Shown here: positions 63,785-64,000 of the stretch, piece by piece | Layout: each line of letters opens with the position of its first letter | How positions within the stretch are numbered: position 1 is the stretch's first letter | Origin: Selaginella moellendorffii | Taxonomy: Eukaryota; Plantae; Lycopodiophyta | Assembly: GCF_000143415.4 (NCBI RefSeq) | Contig: NW_003314292.1 | Coordinates: 319,178-383,177, forward strand | Length of the DNA: 64,000 bases | Reading direction: 5' to 3' | Notes under the pieces: generated by a model | Told to the model about the DNA's origin: nothing | The model's input: only the letters and a program-made list of their open reading frames with translations | The model's database searches: none | Made by a program: the position numbers and the translations under genes

Positions 63785-63978
63785 TGTAAGCTCCTGAGTT
63801 TGGACTTCCCGGGAGGTCACCCAACTCAATACTATTCAAACCTAAGGACACTTAACTCCAAATATCATAAAATCCTTAATCATTTAGAAAAGGGGGTGCA
63901 CTCTTATTCATGGCCCCTTTCCTTTTATATTTGAACCTTATGGACTGTCTCTTGAGTCGTTCCTTTTGGTTACTTACA
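63785..63978 (-). mobile_element. Solo LTR (194 bp) of the Cassandra-like TRIM carrying a 5S rRNA internal-promoter segment
   Basis: Perfect terminal inverted repeat TGTAAG...CTTACA and perfect TSD atagt (63780-63784 and 63979-63983). Positions 63802-63859 align ungapped to the 3' half of plant 5S rRNA. Confidence 0.9.
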
Positions 63979-64000
63979 ATAGTCTTCACTTTAGTTTTGA

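Noticed and set aside
63802-63859. Bona fide 5S rRNA gene
   Set aside because: Only the 3' ~58 nt match. The 5' half and oligo-T terminator are absent, and the segment lies inside a TSD-flanked LTR.

Overview
Eukaryotic plant DNA, most likely the lycophyte Selaginella. This is an inference from very short introns, tiny intergenic spaces, intronless PLS-type PPR genes, a flagellar CFAP206 gene, an FtsZ3-like gene and a Tcn1-like chromovirus. The window has three zones. (1) About 1-26 kb is an AT-rich graveyard of nested LTR retrotransposons: a 5S-rRNA-carrying Cassandra-like TRIM split by a 1.7-kb solo LTR, a full-length chromovirus at 3359-8946 with TSD, older Ty3/gypsy remnants and a lectin pseudogene. 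(2) About 26.7-56 kb is a very dense gene island: PWD, GDSL lipase, GluTR-binding protein, vacuolar invertase, FtsZ, Uma2-like nuclease, F-box, an orphan ORF, cytochrome b5-like, PTAC6, two PPRs, CFAP206 and an NPF transporter, with one scrambled collage of local gene copies. (3) About 56.5-64 kb holds a second collage and decayed repeats, ending in a TSD-flanked 5S-containing solo LTR. The most notable signals are the 5S-bearing TRIM family, a tRNA-independent (Tf1-like) self-priming site plus a -1 frameshift structure in the chromovirus, an intronless Uma2/PD-(D/E)XK gene, and repeated amphipathic helices at the N-terminus of CFAP206. All alignments were done by eye and family assignments come from recalled motifs, not database searches.
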